Assembly (NCBI GenBank): GCA_965214775.1
Contig: OZ243974.1
Location: forward strand, 2,624,001 to 2,688,000
DNA from: Nitrosopumilus sp.
GTDB taxonomy: Archaea; Thermoproteota; Nitrososphaeria; Nitrososphaerales; Nitrosopumilaceae
Direction of reading: 5' to 3'
DNA length: 64,000 nucleotides
In this document: piece by piece, positions 49,515-60,213 of the stretch
Position numbering within the stretch: the stretch's first letter is position 1
Layout: each line of letters opens with the position of its first letter
Made by a program: the position numbers and the translations under genes
Notes under the pieces: model-generated
Told to the model about the DNA's origin: nothing
What the model saw: the letters and a program-made list of their open reading frames with translations, nothing else
Databases searched by the model: none

Positions 49515-52445
49515 GTGGATAGTTCAATCTTAGATTATGCCGAGAAGGCAGTGCGGTTTGCCCAAGATTTAGGAGCACAGTATTGTGATGCCAGAGCAGA
49601 AGAGCAGACTCTAAAATCAGTCTTAATTGAGAACCAGTCAGTCGAGCATACGCGGGAATCAAATGACGTCGGATTGGGGATCAGACTGATCAAGAACGGG
49701 GCATGGGCATTTTGTTCCATTACAAATCCAGAATCATGGAACCGTGTAAAAGGCAAAGTTTCCGAAACTGCAAAAAATGCACAGCATTACGGAGAAGGCA
49801 AACAGAACAAGATCTCACTTGCTCCAAATGATTCAAGGGAAATTACAGTTGACTATCCGGTAATCAATGATCCACAACTAGAAGAGATTACAGAACTGGG
49901 ACTCGAGTGCAGCAAGATTATTTCCGGCACCCCAAGAATAATCAGATCAATCGTTCATCCCTGGTTTGTAAAAAATTCAAAATACTTTGCAAGCACCGAA
50001 GGGGCAAAAATTTTGCAAAACTTTACAGATGTTGTAACTGACATGAATGCAGTTTCTCATGAATCAGGACTGACACAGTCAGTAAACATCACTGAAGGCG
50101 GAAGAGGAGGAACAGAGCAAATCACGCAAAACAACAAGATTCAAAATGCCGCAAAAGAGATTTCCCAGAGGGCATCACAGTTAATTGATGCAAGGCCTCT
50201 CAAAGGAGAAGGGGGAGGGGAAGGGGAAAAAACCACCGTAGTGATGAATCCGGATTTTGTCGCACTGCTGACACACGAGATTTTGGGCCATCCATCCGAG
50301 GCTGACAGGGTACTGGGAAAAGAGATGGCATGGGCAGGCGGTGCCTGGTGGAAAGGAAAAATAGGGGACAGGATAGGCTCCGAGCACCTTACAGTTTTTG
50401 ACGATCCTACAATCGAGGGGAGTCTTGGGCAGTAGACTTTATGCGTAATCGACCGTGATTAAAAATTCCGTAGGCTTTTCCAAACGCAAATGCGCTGATC
50501 GGATCAAATTACCGCATGCATCTCGTGTCATGACGCACGTAAAAGCCAGTTGCGCCAAAAGAACGTGCGCAACCATGCAGCACGGCAATGTGCCCCGCTG
50601 ACAAGTCAGAAAGAATGGCGGTCCGTACCGCCGTATGTCATGTGTCTGGCAGCAGATGCAGTTGCTGCAGCAGCTGGCCGTAGTGTTTTTTCCTTTTCAG
50701 CATAGTCTTGAGGTTCTCAAGACCCGTGATTATCTGCATGAAATAATTGAGATCCTTGGCAGTTCCGCCAAACGGCATGGTAAGAATGCCATATCTTTTG
50801 AGCCGTCCTATGTGGTGCTCCACTCTGACGCGGACCCTGCTTATCTGCTTGCGGCGCCTCTTTTGCGTTGCAGTAAGATCCCCGTCCCTGGGCTTCTTTG
50901 GGGGCTGCCTGTGTATGGCGCCCGGAAGCATCTTTTGAATGCCCTCAAATCCCAGGTCGCTGTAAATCACAAACGCCTCTTCCGGATCGTCTGCGTTTTT
51001 TGCATTCCTCATTGATCCGGTGTGCCTTCCAAAGTCCGGGCCGCCCCCTGCGTTCATCACGCCCTTGTCGTTGACGCTTCCGTCCACAGTCTTGCCGCAG
51101 TGCAGTATGAGGCCGTCCAGGTTCGAGGTAATTATCGTGTTGAACATGTGCCGCTTTTTTCTTCCCGAATATCTGGTCTTTCTTGCGGTCCTGTCCCCGG
51201 GCCTGTCTACCGGAGTCAGGGTGCCGTCAATCAGGAGCGTCTTTTTTGGGATCAGCACCTCCTCCAGCTTGCCTGCCGGGGTCTTGCAGATGATGCTTGT
51301 TAGCTTTTCGGAGGCAGGCAGGATCTGGCGCAGTAACACGGCACCGTACCGGAGGTACCTGGACATTGTGGACTGGTCGACGTCAAACGTTGCGGCCAGA
51401 TGATGCTGCGTTGCCTTGGTCCTTATGCTCATGAGTACTGCAAGCAGCGCGTGCCTGATGTACAGCTTGCACCGGTTTCCGGCATCGCCGCCTCTTACGT
51501 CGTCCTCCCAGAACAGGGGTCTGTCCTCGTCGTCCATGACTTCTTCCGTAAAGCGCTCCAGTATGATCGTAAATGACTCCTTTGTGCATCCCGTGACGTT
51601 GCAAAGGCGCACCGGATCGCCGATTATGCCGTCTGCAATCTCGATTGCGTGCATCCGCAGAGGCGTCCCGCCGCGCACGACTCTTTTTGTCTTGTTTTCT
51701 TCGGACTGCCACAACGAGTCCTCAAACGCAAGCCTGCTCTTCAGATGCTCGTTTTGCTCTACCAAACTCTTGTTTTGCTCTTGCAGTGTTTGGACAAGCT
51801 CGACATCTGAACCCATACCGTTAGAGAGCCATTACTGATCTTTATGGTTGTAGGTATGCAAACCATGATCTGTTGTGTTGTATTTTTAGATCAGATTTTC
51901 CAATTACGCATAAAGTCTAGTACCAGTATGACGACGAGGGCATCAGAACGAAGAGGACCACTCTAGTCGAGAACGGGTTTCTCAGGGAGCACATGCAGAG
52001 CAGGGAGACTGCAGGGATTTTTAATTCGACTCCCACAGGAAACATGAGGGCGGCAGGCTACAGATTCATGCCCCTAATCAGAATGGCCTGTACGTGTATT
52101 GCGCCAGGGAAATACAGTCCTGAAGAAATCATCAAGGGGGTCAAGGATGGTTACTATATATCAAACATGAAAATTCCCTCAATTGACATGAAGAGATTCA
52201 ACTGGAGTATTTCTGCACAGTATGCGCAAAAAATCAAAGACGGGGAGCTGACAGACATGAAAAGAGACGTTATTGTTACAGGGGTTGCGCCAGAATTTTT
52301 TGAGTCAATTGACGCATGTGGAAGAGACTTTACTGTCAGGCCGATAACAAACTGTGGGAAAGGAGACCCAATGCAATCAATGATTATGGGAAACGGGGGA
52401 CCGACGATCAGAGGAATTGCAACAGTAAAGAGCGTGAACCGATGA
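49515..52445 (+). pseudogene. tldD: TldD family metalloprotease interrupted by IS5
   Basis: HEILGHPSEAD...DDPTIEGSLGQ|YQYDDEG...GNMRA...NCGKG; frame restored by removing IS and one TSD. Confidence 0.9.
50434..51918 (-). mobile_element. IS5 family element, copy 2; transposase 50638-51816
   Basis: Same TIR as 17680; 3-bp TSD AGT; near-identical protein apart from N-terminus. Confidence 0.94.
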
Positions 52446-53032
52446 GTAAGTTGGAGAAAATCAGACAGCAGGTAATAGAATGCACAAAGTGCAAGCTTTG
52501 CAAAACTAGGACAAATTCTGTTCCAGGTAAAGGAAGTTTTGAGTCAGATGTGATTTTTGTCGGGGAAGCTCCTGGAAGAAGCGAAGACAGAAGCGGTGAG
52601 CCGTTTGTTGGTGCCGCTGGAAAAAGATTGTCAGATGCATTAGAAGAGATCGGGATTACACGAGACTCTGTGTATATTACAAACGTCGTAAAGTGCAGGC
52701 CGCCCAACAACAGAGTCCCAAACGCCGTTGAGAAGAGTGCCTGCATGGACTATCTGAACCAGGAGATTGCAATAATTGGGCCTAAAATCATCTGTATTTT
52801 AGGAAATACTGCATTTAATTCCATTCTAGGAGGCTCTGAAATTACAAAGCACAGGGGAAAAGTTGCAAGAAAAGGCGATCAGTTGTATTTTATTACAGTG
52901 CATCCGGCAGCGGCAATTTACAATCAAGAGCTGATTCAGGTTCTAAACGGGGATATTGCAAAGCTTTTCCACACCATAACACAGCTAAAAAGCGGGAAAA
53001 AAGTGGATGTAGACATTGAATACTCTTCCTAG
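52442..53032 (+). CDS. Family 4 uracil-DNA glycosylase
   Basis: CTKCKLC, VGEAPG, PFVG.AG, VKCRPPNNR, HPAA. Confidence 0.94.
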   Translation: MSKLEKIRQQVIECTKCKLCKTRTNSVPGKGSFESDVIFVGEAPGRSEDRSGEPFVGAAGKRLSDALEEIGITRDSVYITNVVKCRPPNNRVPNAVEKSACMDYLNQEIAIIGPKIICILGNTAFNSILGGSEITKHRGKVARKGDQLYFITVHPAAAIYNQELIQVLNGDIAKLFHTITQLKSGKKVDVDIEYSS

Positions 53033-53576
53033 GGAATTTTATCTCAGAGATACGGTTACCGTAGCCAAGGAACTGCTTGGAAAGAGAATAGTTAGAAAGG
53101 CAGGAAGAAAAGCAGAGATTTCAGGGATAATTACAGAGACTGAGGCATACAGACACAAAGACGATCCTGCCAGCCATGCCCACAGAGGCATTACTGAGAG
53201 AAACAAGGTGATGTTCGGAGAGGTGGGGATTTCTTATGTCTATTTCACATATGGAATGCATCATTGCTTTAACGTAGTTGCAAAAAACAAGAAAACAAAA
53301 GCAGGAGCTGTTTTAATTCGTGCAATGCATCCTGAAAAGGGAATCAGGGCAATGCAGAAAAACAGAGGGCAAGACAGCATGAAAAATCTGACAAACGGCC
53401 CTGCAAAAATTACACAGGCATTACAGATTACAAAAGATCAGTACGGTTTGGATTTGACAAGTAATTCAGAGTTATACATTACAGAGGGAGTTGGCAAAAA
53501 GAAGATAAGCGCATCGTCTAGAATCGGAATAAAGGAATCCACAGACAAGCTGTGGAATTTTAAGATAAGGGTCTAA
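53016..53576 (+). CDS. 3-methyladenine DNA glycosylase (MPG/AAG)
   Basis: ETEAY...DPASHA...YVYFTYGMHHCFN...AVLIRA...TNGPAK...RIGI. Confidence 0.94.
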   Translation: MNTLPREFYLRDTVTVAKELLGKRIVRKAGRKAEISGIITETEAYRHKDDPASHAHRGITERNKVMFGEVGISYVYFTYGMHHCFNVVAKNKKTKAGAVLIRAMHPEKGIRAMQKNRGQDSMKNLTNGPAKITQALQITKDQYGLDLTSNSELYITEGVGKKKISASSRIGIKESTDKLWNFKIRV

Positions 53577-54217
53577 TCATCTTTGTCATCAGGATTGTTT
53601 TCATCCAATGTCCAGGGTGCAAACCTTCCCAAGATTCTCTGCCAATCTAGCCTCAAAAGCAGGACCACAACTGCAGTCATCGATGCGCCAAAGACGGTTA
53701 TTCCGATGTAAATTGGCGTTGCATCATCAATGCTTTCAATAAACGGTTCCACCAGAGACAAACCCAGATAGTGAGAAACAAATACAATGGAATAACTTAG
53801 GACGAATTTTCCAGTCAGTGTTGCTATGAAAAATCTTTTTGGATCATATTTTGCCAATCCTAGCGGGACGTAAACCAGGTCATCGGGAATCGGAGTTGCA
53901 GCCGCAAAAAATGCGGCCCCTGCGCCATATCGTTTTACCAGTCTTTCAAACGGCCTCATTCTCTTTCTTGTCTCTTCTTTGATGATTTTTCGTCCCCCGT
54001 AACTGACAAAGAATATGATTTGTTTTGCAACAGTTGCAGTTATTGCCGATAAAATTGCCAGCACATGCAAGTCAAACTTGTCGCCAACAGACATTGTTGC
54101 AAGCAGCAGGAATCCTGGCAACGGGACAAACGGAACCAGAGAGCCAAAAAAGTTTACAAGTGCCAAACTAAGATAGCCCACTTCCGGGGCAAATGGAAAC
54201 AGGTTTGCAAAATCCAC
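53573..54217 (-). CDS. DedA/VTT domain membrane protein
   Basis: FFAAATPIPDD...GLAKY..RFF...GK; multiple TM. Confidence 0.85.
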   Translation of the reverse strand: MDFANLFPFAPEVGYLSLALVNFFGSLVPFVPLPGFLLLATMSVGDKFDLHVLAILSAITATVAKQIIFFVSYGGRKIIKEETRKRMRPFERLVKRYGAGAAFFAAATPIPDDLVYVPLGLAKYDPKRFFIATLTGKFVLSYSIVFVSHYLGLSLVEPFIESIDDATPIYIGITVFGASMTAVVVLLLRLDWQRILGRFAPWTLDENNPDDKDD

Positions 54218-55016
54218 AAGAAAACTATTTTCGGGCTTTATTTAATTAAAAGGGAGCAGTCAAAGCCCGGGCTTTTTTTGAAGATTGTTGTTTGCCTGAA
54301 AATCAGAAGCCAAGCTTGGAGCCCATCCCCCGCTCTGTCAGGCTGGGTTTTTTCACATGTAATGCTATGAAGAACCAATAAAGGCATCGGGATTTTGATT
54401 TGCAAACTTGGCATAATTGTGGTTATCAGTTTGTGGCAAGGGGGCAGCAGGTGCCAGGTTTCTCCAATGACGCCCTAAAACAATGCCAACATGACAAAGC
54501 ATGTGGTGCTTTTTCTTATTTTTTATATCCATAGCATAATACGCCAGATGACATGTGTAGCGGTATCAACAATCAGGTGTAAAAAAGGCAAAAAACATAT
54601 CATGTCTTGATAGTGATAAGACGGCCTCCTTCCTAGGCGGCAATCAGGCACACACTTGCTTGCATTCATGATTTTCATGCCTGTCCGGCCAGAGGGTCGT
54701 GGCTTTAATTTGCCTAGGGGTCATCTGTCGCTGTTGCTACTGCTGTTGTTGCTCTTAATATCGCAAAGATTCAAAAAATTCCAAGAATGCCATCTTTGCA
54801 TCTTCTGTCACCAAGCCGTATTTGCCATCAATCCTTCAAACAATAAAAGGAAGAAGAAAAGAAGGATCACCGTGCTGAGATTCTCTTCGTCTTGCGCAAA
54901 GGCAGTCACTTGCAGCATTTGATCGCATGTCTGGCCATAACCTTTGATCTGTGACTGGTTTTTAGGCATCAAAAATAGACACCATCATTAAAATACAATA
55001 TTTCCATAGTCTAGAC

Positions 55017-55394
55017 ATGACAAATGTCAGTATGGAAGAGATTTGCAACAAGATTTCGACAATTAGCCCCTACATCAGATTCGTAGGAGCAGTTGGGGAG
55101 ACCGGTGACTTGATTGCCTACAGGAGAAGAGCAGACTTGGTTCCATTATTAGATGAAAAAAACACAAAGTATCAGTTCTCCCATATTGCAATAAAGACGG
55201 ACTTGGAGGGATTTTTTGACAAAAACCTTGGAGAAATAGAGTTTGTCTGGGAAGAGCGCAAAAAGGTTCAGACCATTTCATTTGCAATTGGAAAATCAAG
55301 GGTCTGGATTTCAATTGATAAAAGAGTAATCAGATCAGAGATGTTAAGAATTATTGATGCATGTTTGCCAATTGTCAAAGAATATTCTGAATGA
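55017..55394 (+). CDS. Roadblock/longin-like hypothetical protein
   Basis: IRFVGAVGETGDLIAY.RR.DLVPLL pattern. Confidence 0.7.
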   Translation: MTNVSMEEICNKISTISPYIRFVGAVGETGDLIAYRRRADLVPLLDEKNTKYQFSHIAIKTDLEGFFDKNLGEIEFVWEERKKVQTISFAIGKSRVWISIDKRVIRSEMLRIIDACLPIVKEYSE

Positions 55395-55637
55395 TCTCAA
55401 AGTACCAATCAGATGGAGAATGACACTAATGAGTGGCGGAACTAACTTTCATGTGAGGCACATAAGGTCTAATCTTCATATGAGACAGATGCAAAAGCAA
55501 GATATGCTCGATTCTCCCACATTCGTGGTTCTGGAGCCTGTTTTAATGTATCGTACATTAAATGCAGAGCATGCATGCGATGGCCTATCTGTCCTGTTGT
55601 ATGACAAGGCAAAAAAGCTCTGGAGGGCACGTGTTTT

Positions 55638-57248
55638 TTGATCCGCATACAAAACAAAACCGCATTCCTCCTGCTTGCAGCCATACTGGCACTTTCTGCA
55701 TATGTCCACCTGTGGAACCCGGCGGGATTTCCAAGCTTGTTCTACGACGAAAGCATCTATATCAGAAACGCAGTGCTACTCTTGGATGATGGCATCCTGC
55801 AACCCCACGGATTTTACAACCATCCCTTTTTTGGCTGGATTGTCATGGCCGGATTTCTGGAGGCTACGGGATACAGGGAACTGATAGACACGCTGCCATC
55901 GGCGGATCCATCGTCACTCACGGCGATCTACTCGGTTCCGCGCATCCTCATGGGAATGCTTGCCGTCTTGGACACGTTTCTGATTTACAAGATTGCCGAG
56001 AGAAGGTTCGGATGGAGGACAGGAATGGTCGCATCGGCCCTGTTTGCAGTCATGCCAATGTCGTGGTTTCTCAGGATGGTCCTGCTGGATTCCATACTGC
56101 TTCCGATGGTGCTCTCCTCGATCCTGCTTGCCCTCTGCGCCAGGGACTCAGGCAGGCCCACCATACTGGTGGCCATGTCGGGCGTGTGCCTCGGACTGGC
56201 CATACTTACAAAGATCCCCGCATTTGCGGTGATTCCGCTGGTTCTGTTTCTGGTGTATGGCGTCAGGAAAAAACTAGGACATGTCATCCTGTGGTTTGTA
56301 CCCGTACTTGCGATCCCGATGATCTGGCCTGCCTATGCCATGTCTGTAGGACAACTCGATCACTGGATACGCGGGATCATTTGGCAGACAGGCAGAAGCA
56401 ACGGCGGTCTGCATGCTGCGATGTGGGATGTGTTTCGCAACGATCCGGTCTTGATCTGCATCGGGATGGCCGGCATTGCCCTGGCCGCTGCATGTCTGGT
56501 TTGGCGGCGTGCCTGGAAGGGCGCCGCCGCCGGTAAATCCGGCGCAACGGAAAAAAGCCGCTGCATGTCTGGTTTGGCGGCGTGCCTGGAAGGACGTTCT
56601 GATTCCCTGTTCGTAGTGTTGTGGTTTGCACCGCCCGTTCTGTTCTTTGCGGCAATCGGATACGTGGTGGCCTTCCACATAGGCAACCTGCTTCCAGTGC
56701 TGTGCATCGCCGCTGCCATTCTACTCATGAAGACAGAGAGGGCAGCCAAGAGGCTTACAAGACATGCCACGCAGAACCGCATGATGGCAGGCATCGTGCT
56801 TGTGGTCGTGGGATTTGGCCTCTACACTACTGGTACGGCCATAAACACGAACGCATCGCATGTGCAGTTTGAAATGCTCTCATATGTGCTGGAAAACGTA
56901 GACGACAAGGACGTGACAATCATCGCAAACAACATACATGCGTGGATATTATCATACATCTACGGATACGACAACGCGGTGTCACATTACAGCGCATCTT
57001 ACAAAACGGAGATAGACAAGGTGGTGATTATGATTGACTATGATTTTGCAGCCGACATGGATAACGCAAGAAGGAATCTTGCCATGAATCCTACAGATCC
57101 TGTCGGCGTACAGATGTCAGCAGAGGATCAGCGCAGATGGCAGTGGTTGATCGAACTACACGATGAGACCCATGTGCTGGCCAAGTTCGGGGGATCGGCG
57201 CACAGACCAATCGAGATCAGGACCAACGACGCGAACCTGCAGGGATGA
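55638..57248 (+). CDS. GT-C membrane glycosyltransferase (family 39 / ArnT-like)
   Basis: YDESIY, YNHPFFG, LAILTK motifs; many TM helices. Confidence 0.85.
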   Translation: MIRIQNKTAFLLLAAILALSAYVHLWNPAGFPSLFYDESIYIRNAVLLLDDGILQPHGFYNHPFFGWIVMAGFLEATGYRELIDTLPSADPSSLTAIYSVPRILMGMLAVLDTFLIYKIAERRFGWRTGMVASALFAVMPMSWFLRMVLLDSILLPMVLSSILLALCARDSGRPTILVAMSGVCLGLAILTKIPAFAVIPLVLFLVYGVRKKLGHVILWFVPVLAIPMIWPAYAMSVGQLDHWIRGIIWQTGRSNGGLHAAMWDVFRNDPVLICIGMAGIALAAACLVWRRAWKGAAAGKSGATEKSRCMSGLAACLEGRSDSLFVVLWFAPPVLFFAAIGYVVAFHIGNLLPVLCIAAAILLMKTERAAKRLTRHATQNRMMAGIVLVVVGFGLYTTGTAINTNASHVQFEMLSYVLENVDDKDVTIIANNIHAWILSYIYGYDNAVSHYSASYKTEIDKVVIMIDYDFAADMDNARRNLAMNPTDPVGVQMSAEDQRRWQWLIELHDETHVLAKFGGSAHRPIEIRTNDANLQG

Positions 57249-57273
57249 TCACCGTAGTTCATGCACAAAAAAA

Positions 57274-57363
57274 GTACAACGTCAGATCCACCGTAAAACC
57301 ATGCATGGATAGGAAATTTGGGTGGTTGTCTTATTCCTAGAAAGTGGGTGGCATGATGTATAC
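57274..57363. mobile_element. Diverged 90-bp GTA-ended MITE
   Basis: Imperfect TIR GTACAACGTCA...TGATGTATAC; patchy colinear similarity to 43235-43327. Confidence 0.5.
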
Positions 57364-57378
57364 GAACTTTTGAAGTGG

Positions 57379-58329
57379 TCACTCGTACAGCCAGCACCTA
57401 ACATAACCCGTTTCAGTTTTAAACTTGGGCGGAAGCTGCCTGCATTTTTCAGCTGCTTGAGGACATCTGTCTAGGAATCTGCACTGTGTGGGTTTGTCAA
57501 GCAAACTTGGCGGAACTCCTTTGATATACTTTGGCGTGTTTCCACTTAGAGTGGGAATTGACTCTAGCAGTCCCTGGGTGTACGGATGTTTTGGGTCTTT
57601 GTAAATCTCTTCAGATGAGCCAAACTCGACAATTTCTCCGCCATACATTATCCCTACGACATCTGAAATCTCTGAAAGCACTGCCAAATCGTGCGTAATC
57701 AGCATAAAAGACATGCCATCTTTTTTTAGTTTTTTTAGCAGGTTGATTATTTGGGCCTGGATTAGAACGTCTAGAGCTGTTGTTGGCTCATCGGCAATAA
57801 CAAGCCGGGGTTTGAGAAGCAGTGCCATTGCAATGATTACACGTTGCTTCATTCCCCCACTAAGCTCATGAGGATATTTTTTGAGAACTGTGCGGTCCAA
57901 ACTGACTGAATCCATTGCATCGGCAATCACTTGTTTTGAATCACCTGAAAAATTGTGCTGTTTTAGAATCTCTTCGAACTGTTCTTGTATGGTAAAAACC
58001 GGGTCAAGGGAGTTCATTGCTCCCTGAAACACCATGGAGATTTTCTTCCACCTGTACTCAGAATCAAACTTTGACTCGTCCATATCCAGGATCGATTCGC
58101 CGCTACTACTACTGCTACTGCTACCAATTGAGATCATGCCTGCCGCAGTACCGCCTTGAAGCATTCGAATTATTGACAGTCCCAACGTACTCTTGCCACA
58201 TGCACTTTCTCCTGCAATTCCAATTGACTGCCCTAGTTTTAGAGTAAAATCAGCATCATCAACTGCATACACAGGGCCATTGGCAGAGTTGTACCTTACA
58301 GACAATCCTTTGACTGTGAGAAAATCCAT
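57379..58329 (-). CDS. Oligopeptide/dipeptide ABC transporter ATP-binding subunit
   Basis: GESACGKS, YPHELSGGMKQR, DEPTTALD, HPYT, CRF..RC. Confidence 0.95.
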   Translation of the reverse strand: MDFLTVKGLSVRYNSANGPVYAVDDADFTLKLGQSIGIAGESACGKSTLGLSIIRMLQGGTAAGMISIGSSSSSSSGESILDMDESKFDSEYRWKKISMVFQGAMNSLDPVFTIQEQFEEILKQHNFSGDSKQVIADAMDSVSLDRTVLKKYPHELSGGMKQRVIIAMALLLKPRLVIADEPTTALDVLIQAQIINLLKKLKKDGMSFMLITHDLAVLSEISDVVGIMYGGEIVEFGSSEEIYKDPKHPYTQGLLESIPTLSGNTPKYIKGVPPSLLDKPTQCRFLDRCPQAAEKCRQLPPKFKTETGYVRCWLYE

Positions 58330-58373
58330 AGTATTCTTGAAAAATACTAGGATTTTTGTTTTGCATTATGGAT

Positions 58374-59644
58374 GGCGTTGTCCGGAATTTTTCCAGAAAT
58401 CTACCGATAAGCTTATAGATCATAAGCGCAGGATGCGATAACCTTATGGATCATAGGATCGACGTCCCCGTATCAATGAAATCAAAGACCAACAAGAAGG
58501 AATCCAAGAAGGAATCCAAGAAGGAATCCAAGAAGGAATCCAGCAAGGCCAGCAAGAAAAAAAAGTCAGAGTACACGAGACCTCCGGAATACTATGCCGA
58601 GTACGAGGAAAAAAGGAGAGAGGACAGCAAGAGGTGCGGCATCGGAATCAAAAAGATCCGCAAGATCCTCCTGTCCCTCCTCCATAACACAGAGCAAGAG
58701 GATGAAATTCCCTATCTTCTGTGCGTACTCGACATGGAGTACCGCGGAAACTCGTATCGCAGGCACGTCGAATACATGGAGTCGAATCCTGGTTCAACTA
58801 ACATGTACGGGCTCAAAAAGGTTCCGGCCAAGTCGACACTGCATGATGCAGCCGTAAGGATAGCTGCCTGGGACAAGTCGGTGCTAAGATCGGTACTCTC
58901 AGAACAGGCAGGCGCAGACGCCAAGGGAACGCTGCTTGGCGACTCTAGCGGTTTCTCCATAATGAGATACCACACATGGGAGGACGCAAAGAAGGGCGTC
59001 ATATCCAGGCAGATGTTTGCCAAGCTGCACATACTGTTGGCCCCGCACGGCAAGATTGCCGCCTGCGAGGTGACGCCGGGCGAATTCCATGATTCCCCGG
59101 TGTTCCGTGACGAGCTGCTGCCGCAGGTTCCCAACGGCACAGGACACGTGATCCTGGATGCCGCATACGACTCGTATGAGAACTGCAGGGTCATAGCCGA
59201 CGGAGGCAGAACCCCAGTGATATGTCCGCGTACAGGATATACGGTTCACGGGTTCAACGCCCGCTCCAAGATGCTAAGATGGCACAAAAAGGACCCCGAG
59301 GGATTCGAGAAGACGTACCACCAGCGCAGCCTCGTTGAGTCGGCCTTCTCGTCGATAAAGGCAAGGTTTGACTCCACGGTGCGCGCCATGTCGCTTCCGA
59401 TGCAGTCGCTCAGGCTTACCCTCAAGGTATTCTGCTACAATCTGGTCAGCTAGGATCCATAATGCCGGTACGGTGGAATCGTCCGGCTAGCGGATGCTAT
59501 GCAGTATGACGTCAAAACACGGGCCATAACTGCACAATGCGGGCCGGAGTGCGGATTCGTCTCTATGTTTGCAGTCATTGCGCCATGATTTTGTACAAAT
59601 CTCCCCGGAAATCACGTCCTAAAATCACGATTCCGGACAACGCC
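58374..59644 (+). mobile_element. IS5 family element; transposase 58446-59453 intact
   Basis: 15-bp TIR GGCGTTGTCCGGAAT; 9-bp TSD ATTATGGAT; DSSGF, KLH, DAAYDS, YHQRSLVESAFSSIK. Confidence 0.92.
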
Positions 59645-59691
59645 ATTATGGATATAAACAACACATTCAAAATACCAAAAGCCGGTTTAAG

Positions 59692-60205
59692 ACGAAGCTT
59701 CCAATATGCGGTTTTGATGCAAAAAACAAAGTACTCTGTACCCAATATGAGGACAAGGTCAGCGACGGGACATTAGCACAGGCAGACGTTGATGCATCCG
59801 TAATTCTCGCAAAAATCGCAAACACCACAAATGAGATTGGGGACTTTACACCGTACTCTTGCAAGGAATTTGACGGGAATTTTGTCCTGTATTTGGCCAA
59901 AAACGACATCCTGATGATTCGCCAGAGAAGAACTTTGTACGGACAACTCCAAGGGCAGTTCAAGGGCAAGATATGGCTTGTGGAATCTGATGAGACTGAC
60001 AAGAAATTCATCGAGGATCTGTTTTTCCCAACCAGGATTTTGTCAATCAACTCAGTCTGGGTGCCTAGCAAAGTCCGTAGGACAAAGGCGGTGGTTTCAG
60101 GCAAATGGGCCTTAAAATTTCCAATCGACACTGAAAAAGTAGTCCCCCATTGTCAAAAATGCCCGAAACCTTGACATTGAGATAGAGTTCGAGGATAAGA
60201 AATAG
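59692..60205 (+). pseudogene. Archaeal NusA-like protein, apparently degraded
   Basis: Open frame (T)KLPICGFDAKN...KGKIWLVE... starts at ACG; +1 shift at C5 60144-60148 separates IVKNARNLDIEIEFEDKK-stop. Confidence 0.7.
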
Positions 60206-60213
60206 GGATTGAC

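Noticed and set aside
54623-54722. Degenerate tRNA-Asp (GCCTGTC...GGTCGTGG)
   Set aside because: No GTTCRA T-loop or consistent cloverleaf.
56484-56593. 37-bp repeat / 36-bp spacer as a mini-CRISPR
   Set aside because: Only two repeats, inside an intact CDS, no leader or cas genes.
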